Source: Candidatus Lustribacter sp. (GTDB lineage: Bacteria; Vulcanimicrobiota; Vulcanimicrobiia; Vulcanimicrobiales; Vulcanimicrobiaceae). From it: a stretch of 64,000 nucleotides of DNA. The DNA is taken from NCBI GenBank assembly GCA_965277805.1, contig OZ255842.1, positions 544,001 to 608,000 on the forward strand, in the 5' to 3' direction. Position 1 is the first letter of the stretch. Every line of letters starts with the position of its first letter. Positions 10,287 to 19,565 of this stretch are shown here, in pieces. The translations under genes and the position numbers were made by a program. The notes below the pieces were generated by a model, which saw nothing but the letters and a program-made list of their open reading frames with translations, had not been told where the DNA came from and ran no database searches.

Positions 10287-11467
10287 TCTAAGGGATCCTT
10301 GACCATCGGGGTCGTTTGGAACTCGTAGTTCCCGAGCAGCCCATTGCGCCGCTCGGCGCGCATGAAGTAGGCGTTGAGGATGATGTCGCGCGTCGCGGGG
10401 TCGATGGCGATCGGGCCGCGCGGGCTCTCGAACTTCAACATCTTGACGATCTCCATCGTCTTGTCCGGGTCGATCGACCCGTGCTGCGCCTCGATGACTT
10501 TGTAGGCGGCGGCCATCGCGTCGTAGGCGGCGACGGCGATGAAGCTCGGATATTGATTGCCGCCGTATGCGGCGCGGAAGTCCTTCACGAACTGCCGGTT
10601 GAGCGCCGAGTCGTGCGTCGAGGTGTAGTCCGACGTGCTGATAATCCCGACCGCGGCGTCGCCCTCGGCCGGAAGGATCGCTTCGTTGACGAGCGCGCCG
10701 TTCACGAGCACTTTGGTGCCGGCCGCTTCGATGCCGCTCGCCTTGATCGCGCGCAAGAATTCGATGCCGCCGCCGGTGGCGTTGATGAAGGCGTAGAGCA
10801 CCTTCGGTTTGGCGTCTTTGGCGCGCTGCACATAGGCGGTGAAATCTTTGTTGTCAACCGGGATGCGCTCTTCGCCGAGTACGGTGCCGCCGCCGGCGGT
10901 GAAGGCCTTCTCGAACGTCGTGCCCGCGTCGATGCCGGGACCGTAATCCTGGAAGAGCGCGAACATCGTGTTGCCTTGCGTCTTTGCGGCCCAGCGTCCG
11001 AAGGCGTCGGTGATCTGCGCTTGGGTGAAGCCTAGGCGCGCGGTGTACGGCGCTTTGGCCATGATCCCCGACGTCGCCGCGTTGACGATGAAGAACGGGA
11101 CCTTCGCTTGCGTCGAGACCTGCGCCATCGCGATCGCGTTGGGCGTGTACGAGGTGCCGACCAGCAGGTCGACTTTGTCTTGCACGATCTCTTCCTGCGT
11201 CAGCCGGCGCGCGATCTCGGGTGCGATGCCGGTGTCGTCGCGTTTGACGAGCACGATCTTGCGCCCGCCGGCGGTGTCGCCGTGTTCTTTCTGATACGCG
11301 GCGATCGCCGCATCGAATTCCTTGCCTTGTTCGACGTTGTCGCCGCCCGAGAACGAGAACACGATGCCGATCTTGAGCGGCGCCTGCTGCGCGTACGCGG
11401 TGCCGGCGGTGACGAGGGATCCGAGCGCGGTCACAACGAGCGCGAGACGGACGAGACGCTGTCTCAT
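10283..11467 (-). CDS. ABC transporter substrate-binding protein, LIV/aromatic-compound type
   Basis: ATG at 11467 with GGAGG RBS; signal peptide; KRDDTG, YTPNA, SPRGPIAIDP; paralog of 5557-6744. Confidence 0.88.
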   Translation of the reverse strand: MRQRLVRLALVVTALGSLVTAGTAYAQQAPLKIGIVFSFSGGDNVEQGKEFDAAIAAYQKEHGDTAGGRKIVLVKRDDTGIAPEIARRLTQEEIVQDKVDLLVGTSYTPNAIAMAQVSTQAKVPFFIVNAATSGIMAKAPYTARLGFTQAQITDAFGRWAAKTQGNTMFALFQDYGPGIDAGTTFEKAFTAGGGTVLGEERIPVDNKDFTAYVQRAKDAKPKVLYAFINATGGGIEFLRAIKASGIEAAGTKVLVNGALVNEAILPAEGDAAVGIISTSDYTSTHDSALNRQFVKDFRAAYGGNQYPSFIAVAAYDAMAAAYKVIEAQHGSIDPDKTMEIVKMLKFESPRGPIAIDPATRDIILNAYFMRAERRNGLLGNYEFQTTPMVKDPLE

Positions 11468-11533
11468 GCAAGCCTCCAAGCCAACGCGCCGTTCGACGCG
11501 CGCACTTGCGGTCTTGCCGTGCGAAGCTCGGGT

Positions 11534-12064
11534 TTAGGCGGCGTCGTCGATGCGCGAAACGCGCGGCGTGGCGATCACGGGCGCAACGGCCGGCACGGCG
11601 GGGGCGGCCGGCAACCCGTACACCGAGCTGAAGGCCACCGGGCCGCCGATGAGCGCGACGGCGCCATAGGCTTGGACGAGTTCGCCGCCGTCGCCGTGCA
11701 GAACGGAGTCGGTGGCCGAGGGCTGCGGCGGCGCCACCGTGTTCGGGTTGACGCTCTCCGTCGCCGGGAGCGCCGTCGGACGCGCATCCGTGGTCGTGAT
11801 GCTGGTGGTCGCGGCCGTGGCGGCGGCGATCGCCGGAATGGCGGGGTTCAGGAAGGGCGGGGCGGCCGTGATCGCGGTCGCGGCGTTCCCGCGGGCGGCA
11901 ATGGCGGCTTCCGTTGCAGCGGCGCTCTTGCCGGCGGCCGCGGCCTGCGCTTCGGCGGCCGCGGCGGCGTTCGAGGCGCGCCGTACTCCGTTGAGGTACG
12001 GGCTCAACGCCGCATAGACCGGCGCCGCTCCGCTCCCGATAGGACCAATAGCCCCGACGTTCAT
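11534..12064 (-). CDS. Ala/Pro/Thr-rich hypothetical protein
   Basis: ATG at 12064 preceded by TATATT-N6 (possibly leaderless); fills the intergenic space. Confidence 0.65.
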   Translation of the reverse strand: MNVGAIGPIGSGAAPVYAALSPYLNGVRRASNAAAAAEAQAAAAGKSAAATEAAIAARGNAATAITAAPPFLNPAIPAIAAATAATTSITTTDARPTALPATESVNPNTVAPPQPSATDSVLHGDGGELVQAYGAVALIGGPVAFSSVYGLPAAPAVPAVAPVIATPRVSRIDDAA

Positions 12065-12118
12065 AGCCTTAATATACCCACGACGGGAGCTCACCAACCA
12101 AACGCGTGGTACGAAGGG

Positions 12119-12304
12119 CTACTTGGGCGCGACCGGGCTCTTGTCGCTGTCGTGCATACCCGGCGGGAGGCCGGTCGGTTCGCTCCGGTTGGGATCGCCG
12201 GTCGCGGGCGCGATGCGCGCGCCGTTGCGGTAGCGCTCGGCCATCTCGTCGGTTGCCGTGCGCTCGGTCTCTGGTGACGGGTCGCGTTTCTTGTCATCCA
12301 TCAT
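12119..12304 (-). CDS. Small hydrophilic hypothetical protein (61 aa)
   Basis: Only ORF here with natural composition (MMDDKKRDPSPETERTATDEMAERY...). Confidence 0.5.
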   Translation of the reverse strand: MMDDKKRDPSPETERTATDEMAERYRNGARIAPATGDPNRSEPTGLPPGMHDSDKSPVAPK

Positions 12305-12351
12305 GCCTAGCGCTTACCCAGGTTTCCGCCATCCCTCGCGAACCACGGCGC

Positions 12352-13359
12352 ATGGACAAGCAACCGGAACCATTGCGCATCGTCGCGCTCGAAGAGCACG
12401 TTTCGTTCAAGCGCTTCAACGCGGAGATCGATCCGCAAGCGATGCGAGCGCGCGGCTTTCTCGGCAACGTCGACAATTGGGCCGGTCCGCGTGTGGCCGC
12501 GCTCGACGACGGTGACGGCGAGCGCCTGCGCTCGATGGACGAAGCCGGCATCACCGTGCAAGTGCTCTCGGTCGTCGGACCGGGCGCCGATATCGTTCCA
12601 CCGGATGCTTCGCCTGATTTTGCGCGCCGGTACAACGATGAGGTGGCGCGGCTCTCGCATTCGCGGCCGGATCGCTTCGCAGCGTTTGCTCACTTGCCCT
12701 TAACGGCGCCCTCCGCGGCCGCGGATGAACTCGAACGCACGGTCCGCGAGCACGGATTCGCCGGCGCGTTGATCAACGGCGTCACCGACGGTAAGTTTCT
12801 CGACGATCCGATTTTCGAACCGGTGCTCGCGCGTGCCGAAGCGCTCGACGTGCCGCTCTACATTCATCCCGGCATTCCGCCCGAGAGCGTGCGCAAAGCC
12901 TATTACGACGGCTTCGAACCACGCATGTCGTCGGTGTTTGCGACGGCCGGCTGGGGCTGGCATGCGGAAACGGCGGTGCACGTGCTGCGCATGGTGCTCT
13001 CGGGCGCGCTCGACCGTCATCCCGGTTTGCGGCTGATCATCGGCCACATGGGGGAGGGGTTACCGACGATGCTGCAGCGCTGCGACGACACGCTCAACCA
13101 ATTCGTCAAAGACCGCAAGCGCGGCATCAGCGAAACGATCCTCGATCAGGTGACGATCACGACCAGCGGTTTCTTCGCACTGGCGCCGTTCATCGCGGGG
13201 CTGCTCACGTTCGGTGCCGACCGCATCATGTTCTCGGTCGACTACCCGTTCGCGTCGAACGCCGACGCGCGCGCCTATCTCGACATGCTTCCGGTTACGC
13301 CGAGCGACAAGATCAAGATCGCGCACGCGAACGCCGATCGCATTCTCAAACTCACCTAA
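12352..13359 (+). CDS. Amidohydrolase_2 family protein (ACMSD/aromatic acid decarboxylase-like)
   Basis: ALEEH, LYIHP, IGHMGE, FSVDYPF. Confidence 0.9.
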   Translation: MDKQPEPLRIVALEEHVSFKRFNAEIDPQAMRARGFLGNVDNWAGPRVAALDDGDGERLRSMDEAGITVQVLSVVGPGADIVPPDASPDFARRYNDEVARLSHSRPDRFAAFAHLPLTAPSAAADELERTVREHGFAGALINGVTDGKFLDDPIFEPVLARAEALDVPLYIHPGIPPESVRKAYYDGFEPRMSSVFATAGWGWHAETAVHVLRMVLSGALDRHPGLRLIIGHMGEGLPTMLQRCDDTLNQFVKDRKRGISETILDQVTITTSGFFALAPFIAGLLTFGADRIMFSVDYPFASNADARAYLDMLPVTPSDKIKIAHANADRILKLT

Positions 13360-14621
13360 GCCGGAACGGCGGCGGCGGGCACCGGTGCCGTGCGGCCGAT
13401 GAACAGCACCATCACCGCTGCGATGATGCACAGGATGCCCGACGAGATGAAGGCCGCATCGTAGCTGCCGGTGCCCGTGCGAATCAGGCCCGCGATGAAG
13501 GCGATGCTGCTCGCGCCGAGCTGGTGGCCGGTGAAGATCCAGCCGAACATCATCGGTGCGCGCAAGCGGCCGAAGCGGTTCGTCGTGAGCTTCAGTGTCG
13601 GCGGAACCGTGGCGATCCAATCGAGACCGTAGAACACGGCGAAAATCGGCAAGCCGATGCTCGCGATGCCGAAGGCTTGCGGCAAATAGATCAGCGAGAA
13701 CCCGCGCAAGCCGTAGTACCAGAAGAGCAGCCAGCGCGCGCTGTAGCGATCGGAGAGCCAGCCCGATGCGGTCGTTCCGATCAGATCGAACACGCCCATC
13801 GCCGCGAGCAATCCGGCCGCTTGCACTTCGGGAATGCCGTGATCGCCGCAGGCCGGCACCAGATGCGTGCCGATCAAGCCGTTCGTGCTCGCGCCGCAGA
13901 TGAAGAAGCTGCCGCCGAGCAGCCAAAAATCGCGCGTGCGCAATCCGTCGCGCAGCGCGACGATCGTGTTGACGAAGGGATTGCCGGTCGAACGCTGCGG
14001 CTGCACGACCGCGGTCGCGCCGAGCATCGCGAGGTTCATGTCCGAGGGGTATTCGCGCAAGATCAAGAGCGCGAGCGGCGCCAAGATCGCGCAGACCGCT
14101 GCGATGAAGAGCACTTCGGCGCGCCAGCCGGCCCGGGTGATCAGTAGTCCGAACAACGGCAGAAAGATGAGTTGGCCCGTGGCGTTGCTCGCCGTGAGAA
14201 TGCCCATCACGGTGCCGCGATTCGTTTCGAACCAGCGGTTGACGATCGTTGCCCCGGCGACGAGGCTGATGCTGCCCGCACCGACGCCGACCATGCCGCC
14301 CCACAGCAGCAAGAACTCCCACGATTGCGTCATGAAGATCGACGCGGCCGCGGCCACGGCCATCAGCGCGAGCGCGCCCGCGATCGTGCGGCGTAAGCCG
14401 AAGCGCTCGAACACGCCGGCCGCGAACGGCCCGATCAATCCGAACAAGAGCAGGTTGAGCGCAATCGCGGCCGAGATCGTCGCCGTCGTCCAATGGAATT
14501 CGCTCTGCAGCGGTTGGATGAGCATCGTCGGCGAGGAACGCACGCCGGCGGCGGCGATCAGCAATACGAAGGCGAGCGCCGCAACGATGTAGGCGTAGTG
14601 GAGGCGGGGTCTCGGGGTCAT
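13356..14621 (-). CDS. MFS transporter
   Basis: Multiple TM helices; FFICGASTNG, GWLSDRY, FYGLDWIATVPPT. Confidence 0.9.
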   Translation of the reverse strand: MTPRPRLHYAYIVAALAFVLLIAAAGVRSSPTMLIQPLQSEFHWTTATISAAIALNLLLFGLIGPFAAGVFERFGLRRTIAGALALMAVAAAASIFMTQSWEFLLLWGGMVGVGAGSISLVAGATIVNRWFETNRGTVMGILTASNATGQLIFLPLFGLLITRAGWRAEVLFIAAVCAILAPLALLILREYPSDMNLAMLGATAVVQPQRSTGNPFVNTIVALRDGLRTRDFWLLGGSFFICGASTNGLIGTHLVPACGDHGIPEVQAAGLLAAMGVFDLIGTTASGWLSDRYSARWLLFWYYGLRGFSLIYLPQAFGIASIGLPIFAVFYGLDWIATVPPTLKLTTNRFGRLRAPMMFGWIFTGHQLGASSIAFIAGLIRTGTGSYDAAFISSGILCIIAAVMVLFIGRTAPVPAAAVPA

Positions 14622-14622
14622 C

Positions 14623-15537
14623 TTACGTGTGTGCGGGTCGTTTCGGGGCGACGTAGGAGAGTGCTTCGCGATCCCATCCCGCAACAGACACGCATAGCGC
14701 ATAGATCGCATCGAGGAACGCGCCGAGCTCGGCAGCCGGATCGGCGGCGGTGCGAACCGCGTCGTACGGCAGCACCCACTCCTTAATGGTGTCCGACCAT
14801 GCGGCGGTTGCAGGAGCTATCGGAAGCTCCGGTGCCTCGTCCGGTTGCGGATAGATATAGCCGTAGAAGAACGGCGCGTTCGTTTCGTCGCCGGGCCAGA
14901 AGCCGGCGTTCATCAGCTCGGCGTCGAGATCGTAGCGCAGCAAATAGCCGCGGTCGGCCGGTGCCTGCGCGTGCTTGCCGTTGAAGAGCATTAGCGAGAC
15001 GTCGAGTGCGCCCCACCAGAGCTGGATGCCGTTACGGCCGAAGAAGCGCGCGCGCCACGCATCGAAGACGCCGGCGGTCGCGGTGGCGACGCGGAACCAG
15101 CGTTCTACCGCCGCCGGATCGTACGCCGCCGGCCGGCGATCGGCGTCGAACGGCGTGACGTCGGCGACTTCTTGCGGGACCGGTGAGAGCGTCACGTCGA
15201 CGCCGAGGGCCTTCAGCGCCGCGAGGAGATCGGCATAAACGTCGGCGATCGTGGGCGCCGGAACGAGTGCGATGCGCCGGCTGCGTCCATCGCTCAACGC
15301 GAGAACGAGTTCCGAGGAGAAGACGTCGAGCGAGCCCTCGAGCGATCGTCCGTGCCAGGGCATCGGGCCGGTCGTGATGCCGTGCGCCGTCAGATACAGT
15401 GCGGTGAACATCCAGTTCGGCTGCGGCGGCGACAAAGCGACGCGCAACTTGCCGAGCATCTGCGTGTAGAGATGCAGGCTCTTCTTCGTCGGCGCCCACG
15501 CCTTCGGATCGAGTTCGGGCCAGACGACGTCGCTCAC
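14623..15537 (-). CDS. DUF5996-like protein
   Basis: LHLYTQMLGKLR, GFWPG, FYGYIYPQP, EWVLPYDAVR match my recollection of this family. Confidence 0.75.
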   Translation of the reverse strand: MSDVVWPELDPKAWAPTKKSLHLYTQMLGKLRVALSPPQPNWMFTALYLTAHGITTGPMPWHGRSLEGSLDVFSSELVLALSDGRSRRIALVPAPTIADVYADLLAALKALGVDVTLSPVPQEVADVTPFDADRRPAAYDPAAVERWFRVATATAGVFDAWRARFFGRNGIQLWWGALDVSLMLFNGKHAQAPADRGYLLRYDLDAELMNAGFWPGDETNAPFFYGYIYPQPDEAPELPIAPATAAWSDTIKEWVLPYDAVRTAADPAAELGAFLDAIYALCVSVAGWDREALSYVAPKRPAHT

Positions 15538-15545
15538 GTGCAGCG

Positions 15546-16493
15546 TCAGGGTTTCACGGCGGCCGGGCTGATGATGTCGGCGGCGGGAAAGGAGTGCTCG
15601 ATCAACGCGTACTTGGCAGCGATGTCGATCAGCGGTTGCAGCGCACGCGGGTCGAGGTACGCGGCGCTCAGGGCGCGATGGCTTTGACGGATCGAATCCG
15701 GCGTTGCGCCCGTGAAGCCGGCAACGATGTCGACGGTCTGGTCCGGATGCGTATTCGTGAAGACCGTCGCCTCGTGCATCGCGCGCGCGAAGCGTTCGTA
15801 GACGTCGCGATTGGCATCGACCGTGGGCGCGAGAACGGCGAAGCCCGCGGTGTCGACCGGCGTGCCGAGGACGCTGTAGGGATGGGCGAGTTCGCGCACC
15901 TGGCCCGATGAGAGCGCCTGACTCGCGAGCGGATCGGTGAGCATCACGACATCGGCACGATGCTGCTCGAGTAAGCCGAGCCCGGCCGACGCCGGCGTCT
16001 CGATCTGCTGGATCGTTTTCGAATCGCCGCCGGTCTTATCGACCCAGTACATGAAGATCGCCGAATTGATGTCGTGGAGCGCCGGCGAGGCAAAGGTCTT
16101 GCCGGTGAGATCGCGAGCGTTCGCGATCGGGGAGTCTTTCAAGACGAGAACTTTGGACAGCGAGTTCTTCGCGGTCGTATAGCCGCCCGGCGTGAGATAT
16201 TGGATCGGGATGCTGTGCGCGCGCGCCTGAATGACGATCGCGGTGTTGGTAAATGCAACCTCCGCTCCGCCCCCGCTCAACGCGGCGGCGGCAGCAGCTC
16301 CGTTGGCGACGAGCGAGGTCTGCACGTCGAGCCCGTACTTGCGGAAGATGCCGGATTTGACGCCGTAGAACACGCTCGTGAACCCGTCGTTGGCCGGCCC
16401 GATCACGCGCACCGTGGCGAGCGTCTGGCCGTCGAGCGGTGCCGTGCTTCCGAGCAGGATCAGACCCAATACGAGCGCGAGCAAACGCAGCAT
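15546..16493 (-). CDS. ABC transporter substrate-binding protein, NMT1/SsuA-like
   Basis: Signal peptide; GIFRKYGLDV, DLTGKT. Confidence 0.85.
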   Translation of the reverse strand: MLRLLALVLGLILLGSTAPLDGQTLATVRVIGPANDGFTSVFYGVKSGIFRKYGLDVQTSLVANGAAAAAALSGGGAEVAFTNTAIVIQARAHSIPIQYLTPGGYTTAKNSLSKVLVLKDSPIANARDLTGKTFASPALHDINSAIFMYWVDKTGGDSKTIQQIETPASAGLGLLEQHRADVVMLTDPLASQALSSGQVRELAHPYSVLGTPVDTAGFAVLAPTVDANRDVYERFARAMHEATVFTNTHPDQTVDIVAGFTGATPDSIRQSHRALSAAYLDPRALQPLIDIAAKYALIEHSFPAADIISPAAVKP

Positions 16494-17618
16494 CTACGCC
16501 GTCCCCCAGATCTCGCGCGCCACGTCGGCGACGAGGGTCAGCTTGCGTCGCTGACGCTCGTACGACGCCTCGTCGAACGCACGCGCTGCGGTCGAGAAGC
16601 CGCATTGCGGTGAAAGCGCGAGTTGTTCGAGCGGCGCGTACTGCGCGGCTTCCTCGATGCGCCGCTTGATCTCATCGGCCGTTTCCACGTGCGGTGATTT
16701 CGAGGAGACGAGGCCGAGCACGACGCGTTTGCCGGGCGGGAGATGACGCAGCGGCTCGAACGAGCCGGCGCGCGGTCCGTCCCACTCGAGCAGATACGCG
16801 CCGATCTCGCAGTGGTTGAAGAGGGCGTCTGCGATCGGCTCGTAGCTGGTGTCGGCTTGCCAACTCGGGTCTTGGCTGCGGCAGACGTGCATGGCGATGC
16901 GCATGCCGGCCGGGGCATCGCGCACCACGCGGTTGATCGCGTCGATGTAGACGCGCAAGAGGTCCTGCCAATCGTCGCCGCGCGCGGTCAGCAATGCCTG
17001 CGCGCGCGGATCGCCGAGTTTGACGAGCGAGGTTTCGTCCAGCTGGACGTACCTGCAGCCGGCCGCCGCGAGCGTGGTCAGTTCGTGGCGGTACGCCGCG
17101 ACGATATCCGACCAGAAGTCGTCGAGGTTGGGATAGATCTCGCGGCTGATATTCGCGGGACCGGCGCGGTAATGAATGAACGCCGGACCGGGCAGCGTGA
17201 CCTTCACGGTGCGGTCCGTCACGGACCGGGTGAACGCAAAGTCGGTTGCATTCGCGTTCCCGTGCGCTTCGATCCGGGCTTCGACGGCCGGAATGCGGCG
17301 CGCCGTGCGATGCCCGTGGTCAGCCGACGGGGTCCAGCCCGCGTCTTCGGTCATGACCATCCGAACGCCGGAGAAGCCGTCGCCGATCAGGAAATCGGAG
17401 TACGAATTGCGGCGGTATTCACCGTCGGTAACGACGCCGAGGCCGGCGTCTTCTTGCAAGCGGACGATCGTGCGAATCGATTCGTCCTCGATCGCCCGCA
17501 GCGCCGCCGCGTCGATGCGGCCGGCGTCGAAATCAGCGCGTGCGCGCAGCAGCTCGGGCGGACGCAGGAGGCTGCCGACGTGATCGGCACGGAACGCCGG
17601 CGCAGCCGCGGTTATCAT
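16494..17618 (-). CDS. Cobalamin-independent methionine synthase II family protein (second paralog)
   Basis: RADHVGSLLRP, TDGEYRR, HVC...E...SPQCGF; ATG at 17618. Confidence 0.9.
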   Translation of the reverse strand: MITAAAPAFRADHVGSLLRPPELLRARADFDAGRIDAAALRAIEDESIRTIVRLQEDAGLGVVTDGEYRRNSYSDFLIGDGFSGVRMVMTEDAGWTPSADHGHRTARRIPAVEARIEAHGNANATDFAFTRSVTDRTVKVTLPGPAFIHYRAGPANISREIYPNLDDFWSDIVAAYRHELTTLAAAGCRYVQLDETSLVKLGDPRAQALLTARGDDWQDLLRVYIDAINRVVRDAPAGMRIAMHVCRSQDPSWQADTSYEPIADALFNHCEIGAYLLEWDGPRAGSFEPLRHLPPGKRVVLGLVSSKSPHVETADEIKRRIEEAAQYAPLEQLALSPQCGFSTAARAFDEASYERQRRKLTLVADVAREIWGTA

Positions 17619-17705
17619 TTCCGCAACATAGCTCAAATTCCGGACGTCGTCTAGGCTTGGTGCGATGATTCGCACCGCGGCGGCGCGGGGAAAGAGACGG
17701 GCACA

Positions 17706-18731
17706 ATGGAGAATCGCGCAACACGGATCTTTACGCCCGAATTCCGGTTCGGTCTCGGCGGCGTGCCCCTCGGCAACGAGTTCAACAAGCATACGGATGC
17801 GGAAGCGCAAGCCACGCTCGAGACGGCATGGGAACTCGGCGTTCGCTACTTTGACGTCGCGCCGTGGTACGGCTTCGGCCTCGCCGAACGGCGATTCGGG
17901 CATTTTCTCCACGCAAAAAAGCGCGATGAGTACGTGCTCTCATCGAAGGTCGGCAAGTTATTTCGCGCGTCGAAAAACAACCGGCACGCGGAGATCTATC
18001 CGTTCTCGGATTCGCCGAACGATCTGGTCATCGACTATTCGGCGGACGGCGTCCGCCGCTCGATCGAGGATAGCCTTCAACGGCTCGGCATCTCGCATCT
18101 CGACGTGGTGTTCGTTCACGATCTGTCGCCCGATTTCGCGTGGTTCCCGACCGGCTGGGAAGAACAGTATGAGATCGCGCGCCGGGGCGCGTTTCCTGCC
18201 CTCTCGAAGCTGCGTGACGAAGGAGTGATCGGCGCCTGGGGCGTCGGCGTCAACACGCCGATGGCGATTCTCAAGGTGATCGAAGACGCCGATCCCGACG
18301 TGTGTTTGTGCGCGCGTCAATATTCGCTGATCGATCACGCCGGTGCGCTGCACGACGTCTTTCCGGCGGTCCGCGCACGGAACGTCTCGCTGGTCATCGG
18401 ATCCTCGCTCAACGCCGGTTTCATTTCCGGTAGCCCGCGTTTCAACTACGGCCAGAAGAACTTCGAGATTCCGGCGGAGGCGATCGCGAAGCGCGACCGG
18501 CTCCGCGCCGTCGCGGCAGGTTTCGGTATCGATCTGCGCACTGCCGCGCTGCAATTCTCCGCCGCCGCATCCGAAGCGGTCGCGCTCGTCGTGGGCGCCC
18601 GCAGCGGACAGCAAATCTCGGAAGACTACAATTCCATGCAAGCGAAGATTCCGGCCGCTTTTTGGGCAGAGCTCAAGGCGCAGCGGCTCATCGAGCCGGA
18701 TGCCGGGTTGCCCCCGGCGCCTACGTCCTAA
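17706..18731 (+). CDS. Aldo/keto reductase
   Basis: FDVAPWYG, SSKVG, SLQRLG, VFVHD. Confidence 0.9.
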   Translation: MENRATRIFTPEFRFGLGGVPLGNEFNKHTDAEAQATLETAWELGVRYFDVAPWYGFGLAERRFGHFLHAKKRDEYVLSSKVGKLFRASKNNRHAEIYPFSDSPNDLVIDYSADGVRRSIEDSLQRLGISHLDVVFVHDLSPDFAWFPTGWEEQYEIARRGAFPALSKLRDEGVIGAWGVGVNTPMAILKVIEDADPDVCLCARQYSLIDHAGALHDVFPAVRARNVSLVIGSSLNAGFISGSPRFNYGQKNFEIPAEAIAKRDRLRAVAAGFGIDLRTAALQFSAAASEAVALVVGARSGQQISEDYNSMQAKIPAAFWAELKAQRLIEPDAGLPPAPTS

Positions 18732-19563
18732 CGGAAACGCGCTTCAGCAACCGCCGCTGCCCGGCATTAAAGTCGTTGCGGGCGTGCGTTACGCAACGGT
18801 TATCCCAAATGACCGTGTCGCCCGGCCGCCACGCGTGCACGTACACATCCGCACAGCGTTCGATAAAGCCGAAGAGTTCTTCGAGAATCGCGTCGCTCTC
18901 GGCTTCCGGCAACTCGAGGATCCGTTCGGTCATCAAACGGCAAATGAACAAGGCATCCTCGCCGGTAACTTCATGCCGGCGCACGACCGGTTGCACCGCC
19001 CGTGGCGCCTTCTCGTCGCGAACCTTCATGCTGCGATCGGTCGCCGTATAGTCGTAGACGTTGAGCGCGGTGAGCCCCCTCAACTTTTGCTGCAGCGATT
19101 CCGGCAGCGAAGCGAAGACGCTGCACATGTTCGCAAACCGCGTCTCGCCGCCGCTCGCGGGTACCTCGATCGCGTGCAAGATCCCGCCCGTATACGGCGT
19201 GGGCTGATGCAAGCCGTCGTAGTGCCAATCCATCTCGCCGTCCGGCAAGCTGCCGAGCGCGACGCCGTCATCATCGCGAATGTTCGAGATGATCATGATC
19301 TCCGGCCGCACCCCGAGCGGCGACCGCATCGCTTTCGAAACGAGCACCGGCCCGAACGACGACGCGAAGTCTACCTGCGCATCTTCGCTCAACGGAACGT
19401 CGCGCAAGACGAGCACGTGATGCCGATGCCAAGCAGCACGTAAGGCCGCTCGATCCGCATCCGAAATCGAGGCAGGATCAAACCCGGAAATCAACCCGCC
19501 GATCCGCGGCGTCAGCGCGGCAGCATCGATCCGGCTACCGCTGCTCAGGTTCGTCTGCATCAT
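18721..19563 (-). CDS. TauD/TfdA family Fe(II)/2-oxoglutarate dioxygenase
   Basis: WHYD, GGETRF, WDNRCVTHAR. Confidence 0.92.
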   Translation of the reverse strand: MMQTNLSSGSRIDAAALTPRIGGLISGFDPASISDADRAALRAAWHRHHVLVLRDVPLSEDAQVDFASSFGPVLVSKAMRSPLGVRPEIMIISNIRDDDGVALGSLPDGEMDWHYDGLHQPTPYTGGILHAIEVPASGGETRFANMCSVFASLPESLQQKLRGLTALNVYDYTATDRSMKVRDEKAPRAVQPVVRRHEVTGEDALFICRLMTERILELPEAESDAILEELFGFIERCADVYVHAWRPGDTVIWDNRCVTHARNDFNAGQRRLLKRVSVRT

Positions 19564-19565
19564 CG

